Source: Chrysomallon squamiferum (lineage: Eukaryota > Animalia > Mollusca). From it: 64,000 nucleotides of DNA. The position numbers and the translations under genes are program-made. The stretch is from positions 1,116,001 through 1,180,000 of the forward strand of contig CM022675.1 in NCBI GenBank assembly GCA_012295275.1, written 5' to 3'. This document shows, in pieces, positions 1-16,312 of this stretch. Under the pieces are notes generated by a model that was not told the origin of the DNA, did no database searches, and saw only the letters and a list, made by a program, of their open reading frames with translations. Position 1 is the first letter of the stretch; the number at the start of each line of letters is the position of its first letter.

Positions 1-484
1 ATTAATTTTGCTGAAGATTAGAAAAAAAAAATAAATAAAAAAAAAATAAAAAAAATAAAATAAAATAAACGCAAATAAAAGAAAAGAACAAAAATAAATA
101 AAACCATAAAAAGTATGTAGAAAAAGTGTAGAAAAAGGTTCGTGGAAGAAATTAGCTGAAACCAAAAAGAGAAAAAAAAATCTTCATAACACGGCTTCAA
201 CGGAAATAGCAGATTGATTAGAAAATGATTTAAGTTTAATGATCGGCAATTTCCGGCTTTTTTCGTTAGCATAAATGTTACATGATTAATTATTTGATAG
301 AAGAAAAACGAATAAAGTTAATTGTCGTCAATTTCCGGCTTCACTGAGAATTGATAAATGTTAGAAGATTTTTACAGAAAATTTGAACTTTAATTTTATT
401 TCTTAAAACATTTTTTTAAATGATTTTTTTTTTTTTTTTGGATAACATAATATCTAAAAAGTGTACCCTTCGGAAAATTATCGT

Positions 485-485
485 G

Positions 486-555
<70 letters not shown>

Positions 556-557
556 TG

Positions 558-625
<68 letters not shown>

Positions 626-884
626 TGTATGTATGTATGTATGTATGTATGTATGTATGTATGTATGTATGTATGAGTGTATGTATGTGTGATTGATTGT
701 TTGATTGAATTCATCTGTACTTGTATATATGTATATTCGTATGTGTGTATGTACTTACATATATATGTATGCTTGTATGTAAATATTATATATGTATGCA
801 TGTACGTGTGTATGTATATCTTTGTTACTGTTATTATTGTCATTCTTCTTCTTATTATTATTATTGGTAATAGCTGGCACACAG

Positions 885-969
<85 letters not shown>

Positions 970-970
970 C
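485..970. repeat. Compound microsatellite (TA)n/(TATG)n/(GATA)n
   Basis: Directly visible. Confidence 0.95.
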
Positions 971-1623
971 AAAGACAGAGAGAGACAGAGACAGAAATAC
1001 TAAGAGATAGATAGACAGAAAGAGAGAGAAAGTAAAAGCCAGAGTGAAAGAAAGAAATAGAAATAAATTTTCATTTCTCTTTGGCTGCGCTCGGCTTAAT
1101 TGAGCAGCGAGTTTTTATTCGAGACACGTTTAAAGAGTTTTGTCAGATTTAAAACACAAAGTAATCAGAGAAAAGCCGCTAATTTGTTTATCAAGTCTGC
1201 AGATTTAGTACTTAGAGGTAGTGATTAAAAAACAAAAAAACACTTGAAGCCAGATTTAAAAAATAAAAAAAAAGGAAAGAAAAAGACAAGAATTAAATAA
1301 TAAAAAAAAAAAAAAAAATAAAAATGCAATACAGAAACAAACTAATTCTCCAGTCTTTAGTTTGTTTTCTCTCTTTTTTCATTTTTATTTCCTCCTCTCT
1401 TTCTCTGCCCAGTTCTTATTTCCTGATTCTCTTTACCTCATTCTCTCTCTCTCTGTTTTTGTATTTTCATTTTCTTTCGTTTTGTCTCTCTTTGTGTCTT
1501 TCGCACATACTAACTCTTTTGTTTCTTTTCATTTCTTTCTTCTTTCATTCTTTGTTTTTCCCTCTCTGTCTCTCTCTTTGTGCCTGTCTGTGTATCTATC
1601 TCTCTTCCTTCTTATCCCTTCCA

Positions 1624-1715
<92 letters not shown>

Positions 1716-1734
1716 CCTTCTTATCCCTTCCACC

Positions 1735-1829
<95 letters not shown>

Positions 1830-2232
1830 AGGGTTGACAGTTGTCTAATCCCAACTTCTTATCGACGTTTCGAAAATACTTTTAACAATACTTCTCCGTG
1901 GCTTGTAGAGTTTTAGACAAATCTTTACTAACTAGCAAGACAGCTCATTTGTTTTACTAATCATTTCTTTCTCAGTCCAAAGAGAAAACATTCTAACATA
2001 CAGTTATTACCACAATTACCTCTACAACCACCACAACAACACCAACTATAAAACAAATTATAAAACAAAGAAACAACAACTGAAACAAAAATCTAACACA
2101 AGAAGAAGAAAGAAATTAAAATCAAATCAAATCAGATCAAAACCAAACAACAAAAAATTTAATAAAATAAAATAAAATAAAATAAATAAAATAAAATAAA
2201 TAAATAATTAAATAAATAAATAAATAAATAAA

Positions 2233-2321
<89 letters not shown>

Positions 2322-3556
2322 CAACAATAATAATAATAATAAAGAAATAAAGAAATAAAGAAGCAACAACAGCTATCAATTAACAGAAAACACGCAAAAC
2401 AATGCAAACCAACCAGTCAACAAGACACTTAAAAATTTCGGTGTCGGACGAACAGACGCACGTGTGTTTGAATGACACGAAACTGATTGATCATTAGCTA
2501 TTCGTACGGAAGTCGGGATTATTAAATAAGCGTTATTATCCGGATTAAGCGGGTTGTAATGAAATCATTAGGAAGAATTCCCCGAACACATCTCAGATTA
2601 GAGATTAGTGCTGTGATCCCACTGAAACCCGCGCGCAGACGAAGACAAAAGCGGTTTTGTAATTATTTCTAATTGTGACTTAAACTCGACTGACTGTCAG
2701 TGAGTAATGAAGCGAGAAGCTGAAAAACAAAGATTTTATTTACTTCGACCTTGGATGATTATAAATTTTACAATCACTGCTTCTGTCTCTGCGTTTTAAA
2801 CTGTATTTTAGTGCTTGCATCTAAACTGTTGCTGTTGTTGTCGTTGCTGCTGTTGTTATTACTATTAACATTACTATTATCATTACTATAACAACAACTA
2901 CTAGTGTTACTATTACCATTATTATTACTACTCATAACACTACTGCTGCCACTACTACTGTTGCTTATGCTGCTTCTACAACAACAACTACTAAGAATGC
3001 TATTACTATTACCATAGCTACTATTGTTATTATTGTTACCATTTTTATAATAACAGTCACCAACAAAGTGACAACCACTACTACCTCAGTAACTCCAGTT
3101 ACTCTTGTTTCACAATTACAACTACGACGACATGAAAAAGAACAACACTGATAACATGAACAGCAACAACCACAACAACTGATGCTTATTCTATTACTGC
3201 ATCTATTACTAATATTACTATTGCTAGAGCTGCTGGTATTATCAAAACTATTACTACAACTATTACTGGAACTACTACTTGTATTATTAATACTGCATAT
3301 TACTGTTAAATAGTACTATTACTACTCAAACTAATACTACTGCTGTTGGTGTTACTATTATTGCTATTACTACTACAGTAACTACTACTACTACTACTAA
3401 TCTATAAAGCAATATAACTAATATTAAACAACAGCTACTACTTTTACTACTACTACTACAATTATTACCATACTATTGTAATTACATTTTTCTTGTTGAC
3501 TTTTGTTAATTAATTCTATTTATTTTTCTTTCTATACGTTTCAGTCTCTCTCTCTC

Positions 3557-3639
<83 letters not shown>

Positions 3640-3788
3640 TTTTATATGCTATTTTGAATTACATCTTAATAATATTACTATAACTGCACAATAAAACAAG
3701 AAAGAAAAAAACAAACAAACAAAAAAACAAAAACAAGAACAAACAAACAGACACTGTACAGTGACGTGTGGTCTGGTTTGTTATCTAC

Positions 3789-4115
3789 TCACGTGGGGTT
3801 GTCGAGGAAGTCGCCAAGGAAACGTTTGTTCCAGTCGATGACGTCAGCGCCGGGACACCCAGGGGGACAAACTCTGTAAGAGAAAATGAAACGAGTTAAC
3901 GTTTCAGTTATCTTCAAGTTTAAATCCAGAACGAATTACAGTTTAGTGGTCAGAGGACCAGACTGAGGTCTCTCTCTTCAGTGTTTTAACACGACGCGGG
4001 AATTTTGTGATGTGAAATAAATAAATAAATTACTCTCATAATGTAATATATAGTCAGGTCACACACACACACACACACACACATACACACATACACACAC
4101 ATACACACACACATA

Positions 4116-4160
<45 letters not shown>

Positions 4161-4179
4161 ACACACACACACACATACA

Positions 4180-4224
<45 letters not shown>

Positions 4225-4323
4225 ACACACACACATACACACACGCACACACATACACATACACAGTGTAATACAGAAAATACCCATCTATCCATCCATC
4301 ATCCATCTATTTGTACCTACCAA

Positions 4324-4384
<61 letters not shown>

Positions 4385-4616
4385 CTCTCTCTATCTATCT
4401 GTCTGTCTGTCTTTCTGAATGTCTGCCTATCCATCTATCCCTATATCCAACCGTCTATCTATCTCTTTTTACCCCTTTTGTTTCGATATAACTTGAATAT
4501 CCGTATGTATGGACAATGTCTAGAACTTTATTAGTTAATCTGCCAAGCTGTCATTCAAACAAACACACTAGCGCACGCACACACATATATGTGTACATAT
4601 ATACATAATGCACAAT

Positions 4617-4653
<37 letters not shown>

Positions 4654-4900
4654 GAACGTATGTGTGTGATGTGTGTATGTGTGTATATAGGTACACACCA
4701 TTAACATACCAATACCTATGCATATAATCAGACTCGTATTCGTACAGACAAAAACAGAAAAAGCAGACAGACAGACAAAAACACGCTTACCCTTTCGAGC
4801 ACAAGTAGGCGCAGATTTTCTTGTTACGTTTGACTGGCGTCGAGTACGTCAGAACAAGAAACATCGACAACAACAGCACTAGAATTCTCCTCACTGCCAT
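3789..4900 (-). CDS. Small secreted Cys-rich peptide precursor A (64 aa if exon 2 reads to its stop): [37 protein letters not shown]|[27 protein letters not shown]
   Basis: Exon 4914-4791 has acceptor ttccag, ATG at 4900 and phase-2 donor GTAAGC. Exon 3873-3789 has acceptor ctcttacag and TGA at 3791-3789; an alternative GTGAGT donor after 3793 could add an unidentified third exon. The protein has a hydrophobic signal-like N-terminus, KR/KK before and KR after the 4-Cys core, and clear similarity to the paralog at 14535. Confidence 0.75.
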
Positions 4901-5235
4901 CACGTGATACGTGGCTGGAAAAAGTGATAAGTAATAATAATAATTATAATAATAATTATAATAATTATAATAACAATAGTAACAATAACAACAGCAACAA
5001 TAACTATAATAATTGTAATAGGAATAAAACAAAACCAGCAATGATAATAATAACGATGATGATAATGATGATGATGATAATAATGATAATAATAATAAAG
5101 AAACACGGGTATCATTAATAATAATAATAATAATAATGATGATGATGATGATGACAATAATAATAACTTTACTAATAAAACTACTTCTAAAAAAAATAAT
5201 AATGATAATAATAAAAATAGTAATAGTCATTAACA

Positions 5236-5284
<49 letters not shown>

Positions 5285-5834
5285 AAAAACACAAAACATA
5301 CAGGTGAACAGGAAATAGGTAAAGGACTGAAAATTACTGTTTCATTTTCTCCTATGTTTAGATTTTTCTTTTTTTTGTTTCAGTAACAGTGTCACAATTC
5401 AAGTAAAACTCCTTTTTTCCACGATGTTTTATTATTATTATTATTATTTTTTTAGTATTGTTGATGGACAAACAACAAACACTACTACTACGATTACTAA
5501 TACTACAACTACCACCACTACTGCTACTACTATTTTATTTGCAACAACAATTATTTCTAGTAAAATTATTACTTATTATTACAACTTATCACTATTACTA
5601 CTAGTATTTTGTATTTTAACTGTATATAGTATTTTTAATATACATATATGTTATGTCATTTTAATTAATTATGAGAGGAACAATTTCCAATAAACGTATT
5701 GCAATAAATAAAATATTATCTCGCTTCACCTGGGAAGGTTTATTAAAAACAATAAAACGTTTTATATAACACATTACAAATGAAGCTGATATTTTACGAC
5801 AGTAACCAATTATTTCATTCATATATATATATAT

Positions 5835-5920
<86 letters not shown>

Positions 5921-6208
5921 GATAAGCAGAAAGACAGACACGTTTCGCCAAAAAGTTATTCAGACGGCAAAGTGAAATGGACATTTTTCTTTTTTTTCAT
6001 TCTCGTCTGCTGCAGACTTGTCACTGCAGCTGTCAGACGTGTTCGGTGTTGTAAACACTGACTGACACTTTAATTTGTACACGTGCAACATCTGTACACG
6101 TAATTAAACGTTCAGCAGCGACACCCGCCACATCTCTGTCAGTTTCAGTCTAACACACACAACAACAACATGGAACGTGTGATGCCGATATTTTGTACAT
6201 AAGTGCGG

Positions 6209-6682
<474 letters not shown>

Positions 6683-7374
6683 AATATATTCTTGTTTTCT
6701 TTACGGATTTACCCGGTATCTGTTCGTTTCTCAATTTCCTCTAAGACAAAATCTTCCTGTCAGCTGGGAAATTTATTGTTTCCTAAATGCTCCTTAAACA
6801 GCAACGGCTCTCCTTGTGATACGAATCTTAATGAGTGAAATAAATCTACACAGGCCAGTCCTAAAGCTTAACGTTAAAAATATTAATGCAAACATACATC
6901 AGTACGAACGACGCATAAACGTCTTAATTCATTAGGTTTAGGATTTGAATTTGTCTCTGATTTACAGATGAATATCGATGTAGTCTCGCATCAGGATCTG
7001 ACTGTAAAACCATCATTCATATCTGACTAATCTTCTAACGAACTAACATGTTACACCTCATTCTGACTTATGTCTAAATGAATTAAAAATGCGAGACAAA
7101 ACTTTGATGAGCGTGGTAATAACACATCTTCTACGCAGCCATAAAGCTTAGAGGAGGCAATGTTCTTCATTCTCGGTAATCTTCTAACGTATTAACACTA
7201 CTTCGGGCAGTGAACTTGTACAGAGACTGTGAAATCAGACGTGTTTGGAGTTCATTCGTAAGTACGTGTTATTTGCACTAACTCAGTGAAATGCAGTAAT
7301 CCTGTTTGGTAAACGTCCCTCCCAGTTACAGTTGAATAGTGCTAATTAATTTGTTCGACGGTTTTAACTACTTT

Positions 7375-7471
<97 letters not shown>

Positions 7472-8308
7472 GCACATCAATAAATACAATTACCTGACGT
7501 CATCAATTTGGTAGCGCAAAAGTAATTATTGACGTCATCAGATAGACAGTCAGATTGACGAAAGAGAAAAAGAAAATGTAAGCTTTATTGTTATTATTAT
7601 TATTATTAGTAGTAGTAGTAGCATCAGTAGCAGCATCAGCAGCAGTAGTAGTAGAAGCAGCAGCAACAATAATAATAGTTGAATACTTTGTTAATGTGAC
7701 AGGTATTCTTTTTGTTTAGTTTCTTTCTTTCCTTCTTTCTTTTTTTTTTCTTTCCGATCTGATTATTTTTTTCTTCTGTTGTTGCTGTTTGCTAATGCAA
7801 CCTTGCCATTTATTGACTGTTAATACAAACATCTGAAATGTCAACGTTCTTATTTTTGCTATTACTCTAGAAATATTCGTAATTGTAAATGATCAATGAT
7901 GTTCGTCCCTGTGTTTCTGTGTATCTGTGGTTAATAACGTGTAATTTACTTTAATACCGAGGATTAAAGGACACACAGTCGTAGTCGAGGGCTGAAACCA
8001 AAGTTCAGTTTGCATTACAAAGCCCGGATCACACATTTATTTATCTATTTCTGCTTCCAAACATTTCAGCTTGAATATTTATGATTAAAGTAATCGAATG
8101 AGTACGTATGTATCGTCGATGTTGTTAATGACGTGGTTGTGTTACACGTAAAATAATAATGACGTATGGCAAATGTCTGATTGGATTAATGCGTAAAATT
8201 ACTCGGCGTTATAGGTGTCTGTGCGTGTGCGTGTGCGTATGCGTGTGCGTGTGCGTGTCTGTGTATTTGTGAAGAATTATTTCAGGAATAAATATTCTGT
8301 TGTTATGT

Positions 8309-8407
8309 GTACGTCTGAATAGACTCTGAACTCAGACAATATTCGGGAACGCACGTGCGCAGGAGGACAAAGTCCAATCACGACCTCACAAACCCGTCAG
8401 ATGTCAC
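8309..8407 (-). mobile_element. Second copy of the dispersed SINE-like repeat
   Basis: Colinear similarity to 57397-57470, with an extra internal segment. Confidence 0.5.
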
Positions 8408-8489
8408 TAACTAGATTTATGTGCGTCTGTCCTCTCTGTATATATGTGCTTGTATATGCTTATTACAGATACATTAACCATCACATTAA

Positions 8490-8700
8490 TATTAACTGAA
8501 AGTATCAAAACGTACATATCCATCAAAAAGTATTAAAACAACTATTAATTAATAATATTAAAACGTACAAATTCATCAAACGTATTAAAACAAATATTAA
8601 TTAACAATATTAAAACATACATATTCATCAGACGTATTAAAACAAATATTAATTAACTTATATAGTTATTGAAAGAATTAAAATATAAATATTAATTACC
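8490..8700. repeat. Degenerate AT-rich tandem repeat of about 52 bp (about 3-4 copies)
   Basis: GTATTAAAACAA(A)TATTAATTAA..ATATTAAAAC.TACA.ATTCATCA recurs at about 8530, 8582 and 8634. Confidence 0.7.
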
Positions 8701-10215
8701 GTATATTTATTACGATGGTCGTTGTTTAATAAATTTCGTTTCATCTATCTATCTATTTATTAATCTTTATTTCTCTATATATCTGTCAGTCTGTCTACTA
8801 GAGAGATAATTAAATTGATACTTCATAATAAAACATTTACAAAAAAAAACCTGTAGAAGTTGTTGTATCACTTCGTGATTATTCGAACAAGTAACATACG
8901 TCACTGACTGAAGATGTTTCAAACAACAGAAATAAATGTTCTCTTTTTTATCTACGTGTTTTACTAGATGTGATTTGTTCTTTTGAAAATAGAATAAGAA
9001 TAACGAGCGGTCAAATTAAAAACGCCACAGGTAACTTTTCTAAGTTCTGAAGTAAACGAATTCATCTTTTCAATCGCCACCATTGTGGGCAGCCTTTTTC
9101 TTAGCCTCGTTATGGATGACTTGATGGTAAAACGAGAGACTTTAGAAACAAACTTTGTGTCGCAGATTTCATTGTTTAGTTAGTAAACTCACAAAGATTG
9201 GTGCGTTTTTAAAGAGCCCCAGTATAATACTGATTTAGTAGTAGTGGCTGCAGCAACAGCACCAGCAATTGTAGTAGTAGTAGTAGTAGTAGTAGTAATA
9301 GAAAATAGTAAAAAATGGTCGTCGTGTTAGCAGTAATAGTAGTGGTAGTAGTAGCAGCAGCAGCAGAAAAAGAAAACCGCATTTTTATTTTATTTTATTT
9401 TTCTTAAACTCATTAGCTTAAATTAATTAAGTATAAAATTTTATATTTTCATTTGAACAATAAAACGTACAAGAATTGTCCCAGTAAGAAATCTGGTGTA
9501 AAGTAGTTTGATAATACATTTAACAATAAATGCGTAACATTATTAGATTTATAAACAGCGAAAAGCAGGTCTTAAGATGGGAAAAAAAAAAAAAAAAAAT
9601 TGAATATAGAATTATTAACCGGAGAAAGGAACGTGTGTGATGAAATACGTGTCTCAAAAGAGGAGTATTTAATGAAATAAGTCGAATAATTTCATTTCAG
9701 TACAGTGGCAGATGGTTATATTGAGGTGACACGAATGAGAGAGAGATAGAGTCACAGAGACAAAGACAGAGATATAGAGACACAGGGACAAAGACAGAGA
9801 AAAAGAGACAGATCATATAGCATATAGATAGACAGATTGACAGATAAATCATAATATATACATGCACACAGACAGATTGATAGATACATACATAACATAC
9901 ATACATACATACACACACATACATACATACATACATACATAGACAGACCGATAGATTACATAGATATATAAACAAATAAATATAAAGATAGACTGACAGA
10001 TGCACAGAGATAGACAGATAGATAGGGTGAATGGGTAGATAGAAAGATAGACTGACAAAACATTAAAGATATCTACATATATTCGAGGGTTTTTTTTAAG
10101 AGAAAATTAATATATTAATTTAATATATCATTTACAAATAAAATAAAATAAAATAAAATAAAATAAAATAGTCACACAAAATATTACTAAATGAACTAAA
10201 AAAAAAAAAAAAAAA

Positions 10216-10272
<57 letters not shown>

Positions 10273-10275
10273 CAC

Positions 10276-10472
10276 GTTTGATAAAAACAGATGTATGGGA
10301 AAGTGACAATTCTTCAGCCTTGCAGAATAGCGTGGTGTGGTGCGGCGTGACTCTGTTGGAAAACACTACAGACAAAGTATCCGAAGTCAGTGATATCGGA
10401 AGACACAAGCTGGGAACGCACGTGGCTTGTCTAAGCGTTTGTCAGCCTATCGTTTGCTCTTGGCATTATATA
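10276..10472 (-). promoter_or_regulatory. Candidate TATA box and non-coding first exon of peptide gene A
   Basis: Minus-strand TATATAA at 10472-10466, then unique non-repetitive sequence, then a consensus donor C|GTGAGT at 10275. The coding exon at 4914 begins with an acceptor, so an upstream exon must exist. The assignment to this one is inference. Confidence 0.35.
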
Positions 10473-10811
10473 GTAAATATCGACTGTTTTCGGGAAGATT
10501 CGGAATTAATCGTAACAGCCGAAACTGACCAACCGAACATTTGACAGTTTTGTCATTAAGCGATGACAAATTCGAGAGTTTTGATTGGATAAAAAGAAAC
10601 TGATACACGTGGGTGGTGGTGGAGGGATGTTCAGAAGGATTTTTTAATTTTTTTTTTAATTTATTTTTTTTTATTGTTATTTTTCTTGTTGTTAAAAAGA
10701 GACTGGAATTGACAAGATTAATTTTTAAAACTGACTGAAATAAATCGCAGACTGTCGCGCATTTTGAGAATATGACAGTTATTTTGATAACCGTAATTCA
10801 ACTATTATAAC

Positions 10812-11697
10812 ACCACTACTACTACTACTGCTGCTGCTGCTACTACCACTACTACTGCTAACTACTATTACTATACTACTAGTACTACTACTACTGATAC
10901 TACTACTACTACTACTACTACTAATGATACTACTACTACTACTGTTACTACTACTACTACTACTACTGCTGTTACTACTACTACTACAACTGTTACTACT
11001 ACTACTACTACTGCTGTTACTACTACTACTACTACTGATACTACTACTGCTGTTACTACTACTACTGTTACTACTACTACTACTACTACTACTGTTACTA
11101 CCACCACTACTACTGTTTACTACTACTACTACTACTGTTACTACTATTACTACTACTACTACTACTGTTACTACTACCACTACTACTACTGTTACATACT
11201 ACTACTATGTTACTACTACTGTTACTACTACTACTACTACTGTTACTACTACTACTTACACTGTTACTACCATTACTACTACTACTACCACTGTTACTAC
11301 TACCACTACTATTGTTACTACTACCACTACTACTACTACTGTTACTACTACTACTACTGTTACTACTACTACTGTTACTACTACCACTACTACTACTACT
11401 GTTACTACTACTACTACTGTTACTACTACTACTACTGTTACTACTATTACTACTACTACTACTACTGTTACTACTACCACTACTACTGTTACTATTACCA
11501 CTACTACTGTTACTACTACTACTACTACTACTACTGTTACTACTACTACTACTGTTACTACTACTACTACTATTACTACTACTATTACTATTACTACTAT
11601 TACTACTACTACTATTACTATTACTTCTACTACTACTACTCCTACTCCTACTCCTACTACTACTACTAACAATACAAATAATAATAATAATAATACA

Positions 11698-11745
<48 letters not shown>
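10812..11745. repeat. About 0.9-kb degenerate (TAC)n tract with recurring TGT interruptions, ending in (TAT)n
   Basis: Directly visible. It is the source of the poly-T/poly-L/poly-V ORFs. Confidence 0.95.
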
Positions 11746-11746
<1 letters not shown>

Positions 11747-13917
11747 TTTTAAAAAAAAAAAAATTTTTAGTTCCATTTAAGCTAGATTCGGTTCACTTTA
11801 TAGTCGCAGCAAACAAATTCTTTCTTTCTCTTTCTTTCTTTCTAATTTTCTTTCCTTTCTGCTACCTTTTCCCTTTCATTTTTCATGATTATTTTATTTA
11901 TTATTAAATCTTTCTTGCAGGAAAAAAAAAAAAAATAATAATAATAATAATTAAAAAAAAAAAATTCTGATCAGCTATTAGCGTGGACTAAAAGAAAGAA
12001 AAAAGAAAATTCCTATTTCTTTTCTCCTTTCTATCATTTATTCATTCTTCTTCTTTTTCATCGGGTCATTCATTCGTAGATGCGTGCACACAAAATTAAA
12101 TATTTTTTACATTATTCACGCGGGTTGAAGAAAATGTTTGTGAAATACTATTAACTCCATAGTCGCCCACTAATAATTTCATCAACTTCCTTTTGCGTCA
12201 GCTGAAAAGATGGCCGAGAAGCAGAGTAAAAATAAACTGTGTTTGGAGACCATAAGAATTTCTTTACCCAGAAATCAATTCATTTGATTAACGCTAAAGT
12301 AAATATTAGATCTCAGTCGTGAAAATCTGTTTTAATCTAAAAATTCTGAGAATTTCTCATTGATAGAAGACAGAATGTTTTTCTTTCCTTTTAGTTCTGT
12401 GTTGTATTCTTTCATTTTTGGTTTCGTTCATTTTTCGTTTATGTTCTTTGTAACATTCTTTCATTCATTCACTTTTCTTCTTTCGTTTTCTAATTTTGTC
12501 TCCTTTTTAATACTTTCATTCATTCACTACTCTTCTGTTTTCTTTCTTTCTTTTCGGTTCTTATTTCGTTGTAATTTTCTGCCTTGACATTTTCATTTAT
12601 TCATTCATTCTTTCTTTAATTCTTTCTCCCTTTCTTAATACTTTCTATTCGTTGATTCATTCTAAAGCTTATCTTTGCTTTCTTTCATTCATTCGTTCAT
12701 TTCGTGTCTTCTTTCATTCTTTCTCTTGTATTTATTGTTCTCGAATGTCTTTTAGCAGGCCACCATTAACCGTTCGATAGACGTGTCTGTTGTCTATTAT
12801 CCTATCAAAACACGCGTTACATCAGCATGAAACAACAAGAAAGAAATATACATTTGTTACGAAGACTCTAATTGGTAGAATTATGTAACGATCTTAATTT
12901 AAATAATTATGTTCTCCGAAAACTGAATATTTAAATTAGGGTTATGTAAATCGTTACCAAGAAGATAAGACAGGAGTTCATAGGTAAATCTTTTACATAC
13001 ATACGTACAGACACACGTACATAGATATATACAGAGGTACAAACACACGTACATGCATACATACATACGTTCAGACACACGTACATGCATATATACAGAC
13101 GTGCATACACATGTACATACATACATACATACAAAAACACATACATTGTCTATTTGACGTACATAAGACAGAGAAAAATCACACCTAAATACACACATGT
13201 TTATGCATATGGAAATCTCTCTCTTTTTGTTTGTCTCTATGTGTGTATATGTGTGTGTGTGTGTATACATGTATGTATGTGTGCTAGTGTCTGTATGTCT
13301 ATGTATGTATATGTGTCAATATGTGCGTAATCTTCTATTTGATGTTTCTAATTGCTGACGTTCTACAAGTTTTTCTGTCACAGTTAATTTACGACATCGC
13401 TCGGAAACACCAACGCAACTTCGCAGAAGAGTCGCAGTTTTTGTACGCGAAAATTTGTGTCTGTTTTTTCTTAGAACCTTTCCATAGTTCCTGTCATGTC
13501 GCATCTCTTTCAACAGTCAGATGATTTAATTAGCTGCAACACGTCACACTCGAGCTAATTTCCTTTACAGCGAGCTTTACAAATCGCTGGACTGGTATCC
13601 CGCCATATCCAGTAATATCGGTTTCTATAAAAGTAGGATCGCGACGAAAGATTAATTCTTTTTGAGCCTCTAGCACGAAACGAAATGAATCCTGAATTTA
13701 GGGTTTATTGTTATTAGTAAACTAAGAATATTTTTTTCTGGTATGAAGTTAAAAAAAAGAAAAATATAAAAGAAAAAAAGAAAAAAAAAAGAAAAATGGA
13801 AAAAGAAAAAAGAAGAAAGGAAAAAGAATAAAAAATAATTTTCATTTTTTATCTTTAACATGTTTTTGTTATTGTTGTTGCTATTATTATTATTGTTATT
13901 ATTATTACTGTTTTTAA

Positions 13918-13950
<33 letters not shown>

Positions 13951-14479
13951 AATGTATTAATATAGTCCCCCCCTTAATATCTGCCCCCCTTTTCCCTCCC
14001 TTCCCCACTCTCCTTCAGTCGGCTTCAAGTAAGAAACACTAATTTACTTTCACTACAGACAGGTAGAGCAAAGTTACATAGAAACAGAGGCATTCGGGGA
14101 ACAGTGCTGTTTTGTAAACTGACACACTAGATAAGAAAACTGCACTCAGTGACACCTCGCATAACTTCACATTCACTTGGTCAGTCATTTCTGAATGTAG
14201 GACGAACGTTTTATAGAAAGGTAAAATTGTTTTTTGATTCCAGATTAGTAAATTCAAAGTTTTTCTTCATCTGTATTTTAGTACGGGTGTAGATACATAA
14301 GTAAATTTGTATTTGTGAATGTGTGCGTGCTTTTGTTTTGCTAATTTAATTTATTTGTGTGCGTTGGTTATTGTACGTAGCATTATAATATGCAAAAGTA
14401 GTTGTTACTTACATTTTTTTTTCATCTTTCTTTCTTTCTTCTTCCTTTCTTCTTTCCTTCTTAGCTCTCTTTATTTTGC

Positions 14480-14514
<35 letters not shown>

Positions 14515-14534
14515 TTTTATTTTTTTCACAGAAC

Positions 14535-14816
14535 ATGTTGCTGTGGCAACTGTTGTTAATTTCACTTTTTGTGCTCGGTTTAAAAATAACAAACGTGACG
14601 TCACATCCAAATATCTCTCGTCGAGGGAAAGATGAGAGTAAATATGGATGTAAATATCTCTGTGAACACAGGTAAGCAACTCGACAGGTTAAAATCAAAA
14701 GATATGTGTGTGAAGGAATAACAGAAACACACATACAGACAGACAAACACATAAACACACACTGCACACACAGTCACAACCACACACAGTGCATAAACAG
14801 AAATTTCTCTCTAACA

Positions 14817-14900
<84 letters not shown>

Positions 14901-15314
14901 ACCCTTCCCCCTCTCTTTCTTTCTCTCTCAAACACACCCACCCACATAAACACACATAGCTGAAATGATTCTAAATCAGACTTTCAGCTGAAATTAATTT
15001 TGTACTCGGTGACGGTAATATTGTATTACCTGACAATGCTAACACGCTCAACAGCCTTGCTCCTGTTGTGTCCGCGTGCATTTCTATCTGCGTCACTTAG
15101 TTTGTGGCTGCTAATTAAATAAATCTCTGTATTGCACGACATAACCGAGTTTGCGGCGACTGAAAGCGGAATATAAAGTGGACGATGATAACTAATTTTT
15201 CTCACTTTTCTTCTTCCCTTTTGTTGCAGTTAATATAATAGAAACGTATGAAAGCAGAAGTAATAGACTGATTTTGTAATAACTGCCATTACTATATATA
15301 TATATATAGATACA

Positions 15315-15348
<34 letters not shown>

Positions 15349-15861
15349 CATACATGTATGTATGTAAACATGCATTCATACTACTACTGCTACTACTTCT
15401 ACTACTACCACAACTACTAAAACAACAACAACTACTTCTACTAAAATTACTATGACTACTATTACTACCAAAATAAAGTAACTACCACCAGTACAACAGC
15501 TACTGCTACAACTGTTTCTACTATCATAACTACAATTATTATCACTAATATTACTATTACTGCTACTTTAACAACAACTACTACCACAACTACAACTACT
15601 ACTACCATTACTACTCTTATTACTACTACTGTTATTATTACTATTAATATAACCGTTATTATTAATACTGCTATCACTATTACTACCGTGAACTACATCA
15701 ACAGCAACTACTACTACAATAGCTATTAATATTACTGCCACTGTTGTTTTTTGTTGTTGCAATTATTATTGTTATCACCATGACTATTATTACAATTATT
15801 ATAATTATTATTTTATTATTATTGTTATTTTTGTTGTTGTTATTATTATTATTATTATTAC

Positions 15862-15908
<47 letters not shown>

Positions 15909-15913
15909 TTATT

Positions 15914-15945
<32 letters not shown>

Positions 15946-16177
15946 AGAGGAATATGTCCCCCGGGCTGTAACGATGCTGACATCATTGACTGGTTTGACG
16001 AAACAAAGTAAAATTATTTTTATCATTTTCTTTGTTTAATCTCTTTTAAATTGACACATAGAAAATAATTATTAAATTAAAATATGTGGGTGCTACACTT
16101 TCTTGTTGTTTGAAAATAGATAGATAGATTAGATGGATAGCTAAATAGATAAATAGACTGATAAATAAATAAATATA

Positions 16178-16216
<39 letters not shown>

Positions 16217-16273
16217 GTGTTTGAAAAAATGAGTGAAGAAATTATGATGATGGTAATGCTGATGATAATGATG

Positions 16274-16312
<39 letters not shown>

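Noticed and set aside
10779-11752. Mucin-like poly-Thr/poly-Ser ORFs
   Set aside because: Open in several frames on both strands because of the (TAC)n repeat; no signal peptide or credible splice sites.
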